A stretch of DNA of 33,731 nucleotides. Origin: a virus (taxonomy: Duplodnaviria > Caudoviricetes). Position 1 is the stretch's first letter. The number at the start of each line of letters is the position of its first letter. The position numbers and the translations under genes are program-made. The DNA is taken from the IMG/VR virus record IMGVR_UViG_3300032332_000956, positions 1 through 33,731 of that record; one strand, 5' to 3'. Shown one piece after another: positions 8,321-16,352 of this stretch. The notes under the pieces are model-generated. The model had not been told where the DNA came from. It saw nothing but the letters and a program-made list of their open reading frames with translations, and did not search any database.

Positions 8321-9820
8321 ATGGCGCAGTCACTTGATCTTTATATTGATGTTACTAAAGGGGAGTTACTGACGGGCGGATCGGCCATTAACGGAGCGCT
8401 ACCTACATTAACCCGCAACGACTCGTATAACCTCCGCGTGCGTCTGCGTGAACGCGATTCTGGCGGTTTTTTAAGGGACTTAAACACTAGCGGAATCTCG
8501 GTAAAACTTGGGATCGGTGGCGTTGAAGACAGTCCTACCGACGGACAATTTAAACTTACCCTGGGCGCAGTCACTTCCACAGCAATTTCATTCAACGCAA
8601 CGACTACGCAGGTATATAATGCAATCAGCGCAATCGCGGGGGCTGGCGTTACCGTCGCCACGTTCGGATCGATCACACAAGGAGTTTATTTAATTACCTC
8701 CGCCACGGCCAACACGGCCTTATCGTTTGGCGGAGATGCTTTTACACTTTTCCCGACCAGCTCGATTCTAATCAATACTCGGAGAAACCCAGCCACAGGA
8801 ATCCCAGCTCAGCAGGTAATCAAATTAGTCCGCAATCCTGCCGTATATGCGGATACTTTTACCGCATCGCCTACTGCTGGAATCGTATCGCTGACTAAAC
8901 TTCAGGACGGATCATCCTCTCAGAACGAAATCTACAACCTTAGCGCAGGCGCAGACGCAGAAGGCGGTTCGGTTGTGCTTAACTTTGGAACGAACAGCAC
9001 GACTGCGATCGCACTCGGAGCCACAGCCGCCAGCTTTAGGGAAGCATTAAGCGCCGTCACGGGAATCGGTGCGGGCAATATCAGCGTCGATTCAGGGAAT
9101 GGCAATTATACAATTTCATTCGTTCGGGATCTTGGCCTGCAGAATGTAACTACCGAACTTACACTAGATACCAGTGGCGTCATATACGGCACATTCTTAC
9201 AGAGCGCGGTAACCCTAAATACGGCTGGAATTGAGGAGCTTTTTGCGGAAGCAAGTGCAGATGAAATTACTCCTAAGCTGGAGGTGGAATTGACGCAATC
9301 TGGTACGCCTAAAACAATCTTACAGACAGACGTTACGATTAGAAAAGATTTAATCACCACAGGCAGTGCAGTGCCGGCCGCGGTAAGTACATACCTGACT
9401 TCTGCCGAGAGTTATGCCGCATTTGTTAGTAGCCAGAATAATGTCGGCTTTTATGGTACTACCGCAATATCTAAGCCTACAAACATCAATGTAGTATCAG
9501 GATTAATCAATCTTGGCCTATTTGCAAACGGTGCGACTTATGGAGTGCTTCCGCAATCTCCGAGAACAGTTACGACTCTTACCTCGGTCACATTTGGAAC
9601 AGTAGGCGCGAACGATCAGCATTATCGTGATGTGACTATAAATGGCGCAGCGGTGAATGATATTGTGCTTATTGGACTGCCTGCTGCCGTTTCAGCAGGG
9701 GCAGTAATTCAAGGCGTAGTTTATAAAGCCAACACCGTCTGCCTTTCTTGCGTCAATGCCGACAGCGTTTCTAGGGATGTAAACACCGCCACCTACCGTA
9801 TCACCGTCATCGGTTATTAA
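8321..9820 (+). CDS. Tail fibre/baseplate structural protein
   Basis: Thr/Ala/Gly-rich; two internal repeats (TSTAISFNATTTQVYNAISAIAG and STTAIALGATAASFREALSAVTG); C-terminal GAAVNDIVLIG domain. Confidence 0.65.
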   Translation: MAQSLDLYIDVTKGELLTGGSAINGALPTLTRNDSYNLRVRLRERDSGGFLRDLNTSGISVKLGIGGVEDSPTDGQFKLTLGAVTSTAISFNATTTQVYNAISAIAGAGVTVATFGSITQGVYLITSATANTALSFGGDAFTLFPTSSILINTRRNPATGIPAQQVIKLVRNPAVYADTFTASPTAGIVSLTKLQDGSSSQNEIYNLSAGADAEGGSVVLNFGTNSTTAIALGATAASFREALSAVTGIGAGNISVDSGNGNYTISFVRDLGLQNVTTELTLDTSGVIYGTFLQSAVTLNTAGIEELFAEASADEITPKLEVELTQSGTPKTILQTDVTIRKDLITTGSAVPAAVSTYLTSAESYAAFVSSQNNVGFYGTTAISKPTNINVVSGLINLGLFANGATYGVLPQSPRTVTTLTSVTFGTVGANDQHYRDVTINGAAVNDIVLIGLPAAVSAGAVIQGVVYKANTVCLSCVNADSVSRDVNTATYRITVIGY

Positions 9821-9848
9821 GTAGGGCGAATGCCCTATTGAAATCCTT

Positions 9849-10349
9849 ATGGCATTTCTCTTCCCAAAACTATTCCCAGGTTGCGTTACAACTGGTGGGT
9901 TTGGGGTTAATTTGTCGCTGACAGATGCTATGGCACTATATTGGAAGCCAATAGCACTTCAATTACAAGCCACCTGCACCGAAACTCTCACGGGCAATAC
10001 TTTCTCAATTAACCAAACAATAACAAACGTAGAGCCATTAAGCAATTTAGTCTGTGGAAATGCGGTTGCTTACAACGGAAATGATATTAATTATTTCCAA
10101 GTTGGTTCTAGTGCATTCCAACAAGGCGATTTGTATATGCCGGGTTTTCTTATGCAGTTTGTGTTGAGAGACGGTTCGGGTAACGGAAGATTATGTATAG
10201 CAGATACAAGTCAGCTTTATCCATACAACGGAAATTTATCTTTTCTAAACGGCTCTATACCAGTTCTTTTTTTTAATGATGATGATCCGGGTCAACCGCA
10301 CACGGGCTCTGGTTCATTAACTATAATTTCAGAAAGAACTTTTGATTAA
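9849..10349 (+). CDS. Hypothetical tail-module protein
   Basis: 166 aa, AT-rich, LSLTDAMALYW. Confidence 0.55.
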   Translation: MAFLFPKLFPGCVTTGGFGVNLSLTDAMALYWKPIALQLQATCTETLTGNTFSINQTITNVEPLSNLVCGNAVAYNGNDINYFQVGSSAFQQGDLYMPGFLMQFVLRDGSGNGRLCIADTSQLYPYNGNLSFLNGSIPVLFFNDDDPGQPHTGSGSLTIISERTFD

Positions 10350-10570
10350 TGCCCTGCGATGTCTGTGGAAAGGCACAAAAGCTAGGCAAATCCATTACCA
10401 TTTGGGCGAAAGCTGGTATGCCACTTACAAATCAAAAAGACCTACAAACTAGGTTAGGCACTTGCAAAACTTGCGAGCATTTTAAGGGCGGGCTTTGCGA
10501 CAAATGCGGGTGCGTTATATTTGTAAAAGCAAGATTAGCCACTAGCCAGTGCCCCGTGAGCAAGTGGTAG
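10349..10570 (+). CDS. Small Cys-rich protein (DUF6171-like)
   Basis: RLGTCKTCEH..CDKCGC...K......CPVSKW. Confidence 0.6.
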   Translation: MPCDVCGKAQKLGKSITIWAKAGMPLTNQKDLQTRLGTCKTCEHFKGGLCDKCGCVIFVKARLATSQCPVSKW

Positions 10571-10574
10571 CCCT

Positions 10575-10581
10575 TTGACAC
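10575..10581 (+). promoter_or_regulatory. TTGACAC late-gene upstream motif (16 nt to ATG 10597)
   Basis: Recurring motif. Confidence 0.7.
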
Positions 10582-10596
10582 ACGCCATCCAGAAGT

Positions 10597-10932
10597 ATGG
10601 CCGCTGGCGTTTATAATCTCACTATTGAACAAGGCGTAGATCTTGCCCTTGAGGTATCGGTCAAAGACTCCACTGGCGCAACGTATTCCCTAGTTGGCGC
10701 AACTGCTGCCGCTCAGATCCGCGATACCTACAACGGCAATCTGCTGGCAAGCTTTGCAGCCGTCACGGCCACTGGCACGACTGGCAGCCTTACTCTGGCG
10801 TTAAGCGCAGCTACGGCCTCATCCCTACCTATCAGCGGTGGAAAGTGGGATCTACTGCTTACCACAAGCGCCGCCACTAAAGTCCGCCTTTTACAAGGAT
10901 CCGTCACAATCGCGGGTGAGGTGACCGAATAA
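10597..10932 (+). CDS. Fibre-attachment/collar Ig-like protein (BppU-N/LtfC-like)
   Basis: AGVYNLTIEQG...AQIR...WDLLL...RLLQGSVTI..EVT pattern. Confidence 0.6.
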   Translation: MAAGVYNLTIEQGVDLALEVSVKDSTGATYSLVGATAAAQIRDTYNGNLLASFAAVTATGTTGSLTLALSAATASSLPISGGKWDLLLTTSAATKVRLLQGSVTIAGEVTE

Positions 10933-11066
10933 TGCCTATTACCGCAACAGTTTGCGGCCCTGCCAGCATCACGGTTGCAGTAGGTACGCCCATCGTGACG
11001 GGCGGAGCTGGCGCGGCTGGCGTGACTACAGGCACGGCCGTAGCGCTTGCGATAGCCTTGGGATGA
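10932..11066 (+). CDS. 44-aa structural peptide ending AVALAIALG
   Basis: MPITATVCGPASITVAVGTPIVTGGAGAAGVTTGTAVALAIALG*; below the ORF-track cutoff; fills the gap exactly. Confidence 0.65.
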   Translation: MPITATVCGPASITVAVGTPIVTGGAGAAGVTTGTAVALAIALG

Positions 11067-11082
11067 CAAGGAGCACAAGAAA

Positions 11083-12186
11083 ATGAAACAGATCTGGCCT
11101 AATTATTCTTATTCGCCCACCACAAACGTCCTGACGCTTACTGGGCTAAACATTGATCGCGACCAACTTCTGCTTGTGACTGCTGCCGATCGCGGGCGAA
11201 TTATGTATAACTTTGCGGATAGCTCGGTTACCGCCTCCGCCTTTACGTCGGGCGCAAATACCGCACTCACCCTGGTTGCGACTACCGCCGGGCTAACGAC
11301 CACGGCTGCGCTTGTTATCTATTACGACGATCAGGTGGCTGGAATTGCTGGCACGGTGACGGCAATGGCTGGAACTAATTTTGCAGATGAAGTATATAAC
11401 GGTATTTTTAATTTTAGCGAAAACAACCAAATGGGTGTTTATGTAACAGACCCACTCCCCGCTGGCACAAACCGCATCGGAGTGGTCACGATTGGAGCAG
11501 GGACAGTCACACTTGGGGCAAGCACATCGCAAATTGGTTCAGTAACTGCATCAATTTCTGGTACAGTACCAGTTAGCGGAACATTCTTTCAAGCTACACA
11601 ACCCGTCTCGCTTACATCTACCACAGTCACCGTTAGCTCGCTCCCAGCGTTAGTCGCAGGAACGGCGCAGATCGGATCTGTAACGGTAGGCAACAGCGTC
11701 ACCATTGGAAATTTCCCAGCCACTCAAGCCGTGTCTCTTGCGTCCCTTCCCGCACTTGCGGCTGGCACAGCTCAGATAGGTTCAGTAACCGCATCAATCA
11801 GCGGGACAGTTCCAATCAGTATATCGTCTGTCACCGTTGGTAATTCCGTGACCATCGGCTCTTGCGTTACCCACGGCGTCACAATTTCCAATACCGTAGT
11901 CACATTCTTTCCAGCTCAAGGCACGACTGTTTCTGCTACAAACTTCACCAGCCTTACTTCATCCACCACAATCGCACCGGCGGTTGATGGTAGGGAAGTC
12001 CTGACAGTATTTAACGAAGGAGCAGGCAATCTACATATTTCGCCCGGGGCGACTTGCACTACCGTGGCCTACCAAGTGCGCCTATCAGCGGGTGATTATT
12101 GGGAATGCCCTCAAGGCCAACTTTCACTTGCTCATACCGCAGTATTTGCCACGGCTGGAACGGCTAGAGTAAGCCAAATCAGCTAG
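11083..12186 (+). CDS. Tail fibre protein with internal repeats
   Basis: Ser/Thr/Val-rich; repeats SLPALxAGTAQIGSVT, QIGSVTASISGTVP and SVTVGNSVTIG. Confidence 0.7.
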   Translation: MKQIWPNYSYSPTTNVLTLTGLNIDRDQLLLVTAADRGRIMYNFADSSVTASAFTSGANTALTLVATTAGLTTTAALVIYYDDQVAGIAGTVTAMAGTNFADEVYNGIFNFSENNQMGVYVTDPLPAGTNRIGVVTIGAGTVTLGASTSQIGSVTASISGTVPVSGTFFQATQPVSLTSTTVTVSSLPALVAGTAQIGSVTVGNSVTIGNFPATQAVSLASLPALAAGTAQIGSVTASISGTVPISISSVTVGNSVTIGSCVTHGVTISNTVVTFFPAQGTTVSATNFTSLTSSTTIAPAVDGREVLTVFNEGAGNLHISPGATCTTVAYQVRLSAGDYWECPQGQLSLAHTAVFATAGTARVSQIS

Positions 12187-12195
12187 GAGTAGGCG

Positions 12196-12978
12196 ATGCC
12201 TTTGTATTCGGCAACTAGTCCATTACCAGTAAATCAAAAAAAGCGTGGAATGTTTAATCCAAGTAAAGTATCTGGACTTGATTTATGGCTCGATGCGGCA
12301 GATGGAGATACTCTTTTTGACGCAACAAGTGGCGGTAATTTTGTAAGCACGAATGGCTCTGCTGTTAAAAGATGGGAAGACAAAAGTGGAAATGGATTTA
12401 ACGCAACAGAAAATACATCCCCTCCATTGTTAATAGTTAATGATAAAAATAATAGAAACGGACTTGGATTCAGCCCAAACAGAAGATTAGCGTGTAGTTT
12501 TTCTTCTAGAAATTATACAACACAAACAGTTTTTATTGTAGCTAAATATAATTCAGCAACAGCATTAAGTTATTCAAGATTATTTTCGCAAAGAAGTTCT
12601 GGTGCTAACGATTACGATGATACTCAATACATCCCTTTTCTTCGTAATCTTACACAAAATGTTATAGGATCGTGGAAAAATAGTGGGCATAGAAGCCCAT
12701 TATCAATATCAAATCAGTATTATGTTTTTAGAGCATTACACGACACTTCTTTTCTTAATGTAAAAATTAACGATACAGTTGGAGCAGATTACGCAACTAC
12801 ACTTAATATAAATCTAGTAAACTTTGTGATTGGAGATATGATAAACTCTGCTGGCGGGACAGATGGAGCATCTTGGAATTCCACAATATCAGAGGTTTTG
12901 GTTTATCGCAAAGCCGTATCATCTTTAGAATCATCTCAAATCACATCATACCTAAACTCAAAGTGGGCTGTTTACTAA
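12196..12978 (+). CDS. LamG/concanavalin-like lectin-fold receptor-binding protein
   Basis: GLDLWLDAAD, WEDKSGNGFNA, ISEVLVY, YLNSKW; markedly AT-rich. Confidence 0.75.
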   Translation: MPLYSATSPLPVNQKKRGMFNPSKVSGLDLWLDAADGDTLFDATSGGNFVSTNGSAVKRWEDKSGNGFNATENTSPPLLIVNDKNNRNGLGFSPNRRLACSFSSRNYTTQTVFIVAKYNSATALSYSRLFSQRSSGANDYDDTQYIPFLRNLTQNVIGSWKNSGHRSPLSISNQYYVFRALHDTSFLNVKINDTVGADYATTLNINLVNFVIGDMINSAGGTDGASWNSTISEVLVYRKAVSSLESSQITSYLNSKWAVY

Positions 12979-12979
12979 A

Positions 12980-13099
12980 ATGCCTCTCCTCCTCCTCACC
13001 CTCTTGCTCTGCTCCTGCTCGCCACGGCACACGGACAACAACGCCCTACCACGATACAGCGATATGGGTGCGGCTGAAGATGCGGGGAAGGCAAAGTGA
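12980..13099 (+). CDS. Small putative lipoprotein (39 aa)
   Basis: MPLLLLTLLLCSCSPRHTD..., lipobox-like LLCSC. Confidence 0.5.
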   Translation: MPLLLLTLLLCSCSPRHTDNNALPRYSDMGAAEDAGKAK

Positions 13100-13255
13100 A
13101 TGACTGCGCCCGACGATCGCAACACGCCTGGCTGGCGTGAATTTACTGCCAGCCTGCGCTGGCTTGAGGCAGAGGGTTATATCGAAATGTTTTACAACGA
13201 AAAGGGCGAGGAGATGGTGCGGATCGCGGAAGGCGCAGAAACGGCAACCCTATGA
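13100..13255 (+). CDS. Hypothetical protein (51 aa)
   Basis: MTAPDDRNTPGWREFTASLRWLEAEGYIEMF...; abuts both neighbours. Confidence 0.55.
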   Translation: MTAPDDRNTPGWREFTASLRWLEAEGYIEMFYNEKGEEMVRIAEGAETATL

Positions 13256-13512
13256 GCACTGACCAAGTCGCCGAACTTTCGGAACGGTTAAGCCTAGTCC
13301 GAGAATCAATCGCAAGGATTGAAACCCGCCAATCGGTAATTTTAGATTTACTCGAACGCTCGCAGGCCAGCCTCGGCGAGTATCACGGCCGTCTAACTAA
13401 CATGGAACGCGACGCCCACACGATTAAGACAAAGCTATGGCTGGTCGCACTGGCATCTGGGGCAGTGGTAAGCACGGCTTGGGAGTTAATTAAGCGTCGG
13501 TTCAGCTTTTGA
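13252..13512 (+). CDS. Coiled-coil protein with C-terminal TM helix (lysis module, XhlA/holin-like)
   Basis: Heptad region followed by LWLVALASGAVVSTAW. Confidence 0.55.
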   Translation: MSTDQVAELSERLSLVRESIARIETRQSVILDLLERSQASLGEYHGRLTNMERDAHTIKTKLWLVALASGAVVSTAWELIKRRFSF

Positions 13513-13515
13513 CAC
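13509..13515 (+). promoter_or_regulatory. TTGACAC late-gene upstream motif (13 nt to ATG 13528)
   Basis: Recurring motif. Confidence 0.7.
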
Positions 13516-13527
13516 CCCGCTAGGGGC

Positions 13528-13692
13528 ATGGAAATCATCAATAATATACTAAGCAACTGGCAGTCCTATCTTGGCGCCTTGTCGGCCGTGCTTGTCGCCG
13601 CCATCGCAGTCGCCTCTCTTATCCCCGGCGACCAGCCTGAGAAGGCGTTGCAAGCTGTAGTGGACGTGATTTCACGCTTCTCGCGAAAATAG
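13528..13692 (+). CDS. Putative holin (54 aa)
   Basis: MEIINNILSNWQSYLGALSAVLVAAIAVASLIPGDQPEKALQAVVDVISRFSRK*; TM helix and basic C-terminus; not in track. Confidence 0.6.
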   Translation: MEIINNILSNWQSYLGALSAVLVAAIAVASLIPGDQPEKALQAVVDVISRFSRK

Positions 13693-13698
13693 TCGTCA

Positions 13699-13869
13699 AT
13701 GATCGCCGGCATACTAACGGCGTTGGGCGGAATAATTGGGATCGTGCTCTGGTTCTTAAAACGCAAATCGCCCTTACAACGCAACTTTGAGGCGATCGAA
13801 CTAGAACGCCGCAAAAGACAGAGAGACATCAATGCGTGGTGGACGCATCGCCCTCCTACTGATTCTTAG
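13699..13869 (+). CDS. Putative inner-membrane spanin (56 aa)
   Basis: N-terminal TM MIAGILTALGGIIGIVLWFL, then a charged helix; overlaps a downstream lipoprotein gene. Confidence 0.5.
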   Translation: MIAGILTALGGIIGIVLWFLKRKSPLQRNFEAIELERRKRQRDINAWWTHRPPTDS

Positions 13870-14080
13870 CCTGGCACTGTGCTCCTGTGCGACAACCTCG
13901 CAAACGCAGGACGGTCCGCCGCCAAGCCCGGACACAATCAGCTACTTCATCTACGCCTGGGACAAAGCGGAACGAACAAACCCCCCGTGCCCACAAGCTT
14001 ATCGAGACTTATTTGCGGAATCGCTCAAAGCGCTTTCTGACAGCTTGGCAGAAACTGAACGCGAGCGAGCGAGGCAGTGA
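13832..14080 (+). CDS. Putative outer-membrane spanin lipoprotein
   Basis: Signal peptide with LALCSC lipobox and Pro-rich mature region; adjacent to endolysin. Confidence 0.6.
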   Translation: MRGGRIALLLILSLALCSCATTSQTQDGPPPSPDTISYFIYAWDKAERTNPPCPQAYRDLFAESLKALSDSLAETERERARQ

Positions 14081-14598
14081 CCAGCCTTGCCGAAGCTAGT
14101 TCTCGCACCTTGCGGGCGATTGATTCCCTAGACGCCAGCTTTCAAAAACAGGTTAGGGGATGGGTTAACGAGATGGTCACTAGCCGGATTGAGCCACTCA
14201 TCTATTGCGGCCGTCGCACCATGGAGGAGCAGGCCGCGCTTTATGCGAAAGGCAGAACGGACGGCAGCAGTAAGATCGTGACTAAGGCTAAGCCAGGCGA
14301 AAGCTACCACAACTACGGCCTCGCGTTTGATTGGGTACCGCTAAAGCAGTCTGGCAAAAATGCGGATCTATGGATTGCCGATTGGGACAACGAAACCGCT
14401 TTTCGCCTAGGCGAGCACGTGGGCGTAACCTTTGAGCTGGCAGCAATTTCTTGGGAAACAGGCCACCTTCAATCCAGCAAATATAAGAGCTGGCGTGACA
14501 TCTCACGCAACCCTGTGGAACAAGTGCAGGCCAAGGACATCCGCAAAAAGAGCAAGGCCACATGCCTAGTCAGCAACAGGCCGTGGAGTTCACGGTGA
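14077..14598 (+). CDS. Endolysin, M15 family L-Ala-D-Glu peptidase
   Basis: RTMEEQAALYAKGRT, SYHNYGLAFD, WETGHLQ. Confidence 0.9.
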   Translation: MTSLAEASSRTLRAIDSLDASFQKQVRGWVNEMVTSRIEPLIYCGRRTMEEQAALYAKGRTDGSSKIVTKAKPGESYHNYGLAFDWVPLKQSGKNADLWIADWDNETAFRLGEHVGVTFELAAISWETGHLQSSKYKSWRDISRNPVEQVQAKDIRKKSKATCLVSNRPWSSR

Positions 14599-14909
14599 CG
14601 CCAGAACACGAGAAGCATCTAGCTGGTATTGTGCGCGATTTGAGCAGAGATCTGGACGCCAAATACCGAAAGGGGCAAGAGGAGCACGGTGGGGCGCTTT
14701 GGCGTAGGCCCGTCTGGAAAGATGCGTGGGAGGAAGTGCTCGATCTATGTACCTACGTACACACCCTAAAGATGCAGCTCTCAGTCATAGCGGAAATTGC
14801 GCTGATCGGAGCAAGCGATGAGAGCGTGGTCGCGGCACAATCGCGAGAAAGTTGCCGTCAAATTCTGGCCGTGCTGGAAGGATTCCCGTCGGCGGCCGAT
14901 AAGAAATGA
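14595..14909 (+). CDS. All-alpha protein, possibly MazG/NTP-pyrophosphatase-like
   Basis: KYRKGQEEHGG...EEVLDLCTY (EExxD); GTG 14595 overlaps the endolysin stop. Confidence 0.45.
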   Translation: MTPEHEKHLAGIVRDLSRDLDAKYRKGQEEHGGALWRRPVWKDAWEEVLDLCTYVHTLKMQLSVIAEIALIGASDESVVAAQSRESCRQILAVLEGFPSAADKK

Positions 14910-15658
14910 AAGTCATCCGCAAATGGAAGCGGTGGTTGGCGGTTAGCTGTAGCCACGGACACCTAGCGAATGCCGCAGCGTGCAAGGCTGCTTTAGAGAT
15001 GAAAAGGCGGTGGCAGCCAGACGCCGATTCAATCCTCCACCTAGGCGATTTTGTTGATCTGTCCGGGCTAATGGGTAGCGCAAGGAAAGACCCAGATTCT
15101 CCCGAGCGCACCGCATCCATTCGTGAGGACTTCGACGCTGGCCTTAATTTCGTTAGAGAACTTGCGCCACGCTACATATTTGAGGGAAACCATGAGCACC
15201 GCCTAACGGCTCTACAATACTCGCCAAGCGCGATTGTGGCTCATTGCTGCACGTCGGCGAAGTCTGAGATCCATAATATGTGCAAGGATCTAAAGGCGCA
15301 GTATATCCCTTACGATATAGAGAAAGGTTGGCGCATTCTAGGAGGCACGGCATTCGGCCACGGCTATATGTTTTCGGAATCCAGCGCGGTGCGTGATCAT
15401 GTGGAGATGGTTCAAAAGCCTATCGTAATGGGGCATCTGCACAGGATAGATCGAACTGCTGGCCGTAGCTTTGGAGCGCCTGTGGGCTGGTCGATCGGTT
15501 GCTTAGCAGACATTCCCAGCATGCACTACGCTAGACGCCAGCGATCCGTTACCAGATGGCAGCATGGAGTAGCGTGGGGCGAGTACGTAGAAGGAGGGCA
15601 GGGATGCACGGTGAACGTAGTTTCACCCATAGGAGGAGTATGGCGATACCCGGTGTAA
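14906..15658 (+). CDS. Calcineurin-like metallophosphoesterase
   Basis: SCSHG, LGDFVD, GNHE, HG, GHLH motifs. Confidence 0.85.
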   Translation: MKVIRKWKRWLAVSCSHGHLANAAACKAALEMKRRWQPDADSILHLGDFVDLSGLMGSARKDPDSPERTASIREDFDAGLNFVRELAPRYIFEGNHEHRLTALQYSPSAIVAHCCTSAKSEIHNMCKDLKAQYIPYDIEKGWRILGGTAFGHGYMFSESSAVRDHVEMVQKPIVMGHLHRIDRTAGRSFGAPVGWSIGCLADIPSMHYARRQRSVTRWQHGVAWGEYVEGGQGCTVNVVSPIGGVWRYPV

Positions 15659-15939
15659 AATCGGATTGGGCAACCGTCCTGACTGAGTATGTCGCTGGGT
15701 ATCGGCAGGAAGTAGTACCCGATGGCTGGTTAACTAAAAACCAGATCGCTGAGCTTTGGGGTAAGTCAGCAAATTACGCAAACAAACTTTTAGCTCATTT
15801 GGTTAAAGACGGCAGAGCCGAGAAAAAAAGTTATGTGGTTCGATTGCCTCACGTTGATTCAAAGGGGAAGAAATTTTTAGGCCATTGCCGAAAAATACCG
15901 CACTACCGCCTTATTTCAGGCAAATCGCCCAAATCCTAG
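15640..15939 (+). CDS. Winged-HTH DNA-binding protein
   Basis: AGGAGG before ATG 15640; WLTKNQIAELWGKSANYANKLLAHLVKDG. Confidence 0.6.
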   Translation: MAIPGVKSDWATVLTEYVAGYRQEVVPDGWLTKNQIAELWGKSANYANKLLAHLVKDGRAEKKSYVVRLPHVDSKGKKFLGHCRKIPHYRLISGKSPKS

Positions 15940-16079
15940 CGGTTCTTTTCTTTTTCCAGCTCTTTGACGAGCAGGGTGGTGATAAAAGCGGATAAACTTA
16001 ATCCGCCCTTCTTTGCTAGTCGCTCGCCGTTGCGTTTTACTTTTGGGTCGATTGTAAGGTTCGTTTTTACCTTTTTCAT
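15936..16079 (-). CDS. Ribbon-helix-helix repressor (47 aa), leftward
   Basis: MKKVKTNLTIDPKVKRNGERLAKKGGLSLSAFITTLLVKELEKEKNR*; CopG/Arc-type pattern; not in track. Confidence 0.8.
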   Translation of the reverse strand: MKKVKTNLTIDPKVKRNGERLAKKGGLSLSAFITTLLVKELEKEKNR

Positions 16080-16086
16080 AGGGAGC

Positions 16087-16114
16087 ATTGTATGCGTATT
16101 TATTACGCATTCAA
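16087..16114 (-). promoter_or_regulatory. Sigma70-type leaderless promoter with palindromic operator
   Basis: Minus strand TTGAAT-16-TACAAT-7-ATG; palindrome ATGCGTA-TTTAT-TACGCAT (16092-16110) occupies the spacer. Confidence 0.65.
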
Positions 16115-16150
16115 GTATAAATTAAAAAGTTAATCGCAAAAAGAATTGTG

Positions 16151-16185
16151 TTGCTAATACGCCGTGTGTGCGTAGCAAAGGCGTA
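16151..16185 (+). promoter_or_regulatory. Rightward promoter/operator
   Basis: TTGCTA-16-TAGCAA-6-ATG (weak -10) with TACGC/GCGTA half-sites at 16158, 16170 and 16181. Confidence 0.45.
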
Positions 16186-16346
16186 TGCCTCGTCGTCCAC
16201 TCAGCGGTTTAAAAGCGGAAAAGACCAACATCGTTCTGCCCGTTGCGTTGAAAAAAGCATCGCAAAAACTGGCTGCTGCCCGTCGTATTTCCCTTTCCCA
16301 GCTCATCACTCAACTGCTTGCAAAAGCATCGGGAGAGCAAAGCTAG
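16185..16346 (+). CDS. Ribbon-helix-helix repressor (53 aa), rightward
   Basis: MPRRPLSGLKAEKTNIVLPVALKKASQKLAAARRISLSQLITQLLAKASGEQS*; not in track. Confidence 0.8.
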   Translation: MPRRPLSGLKAEKTNIVLPVALKKASQKLAAARRISLSQLITQLLAKASGEQS

Positions 16347-16352
16347 ATACTT

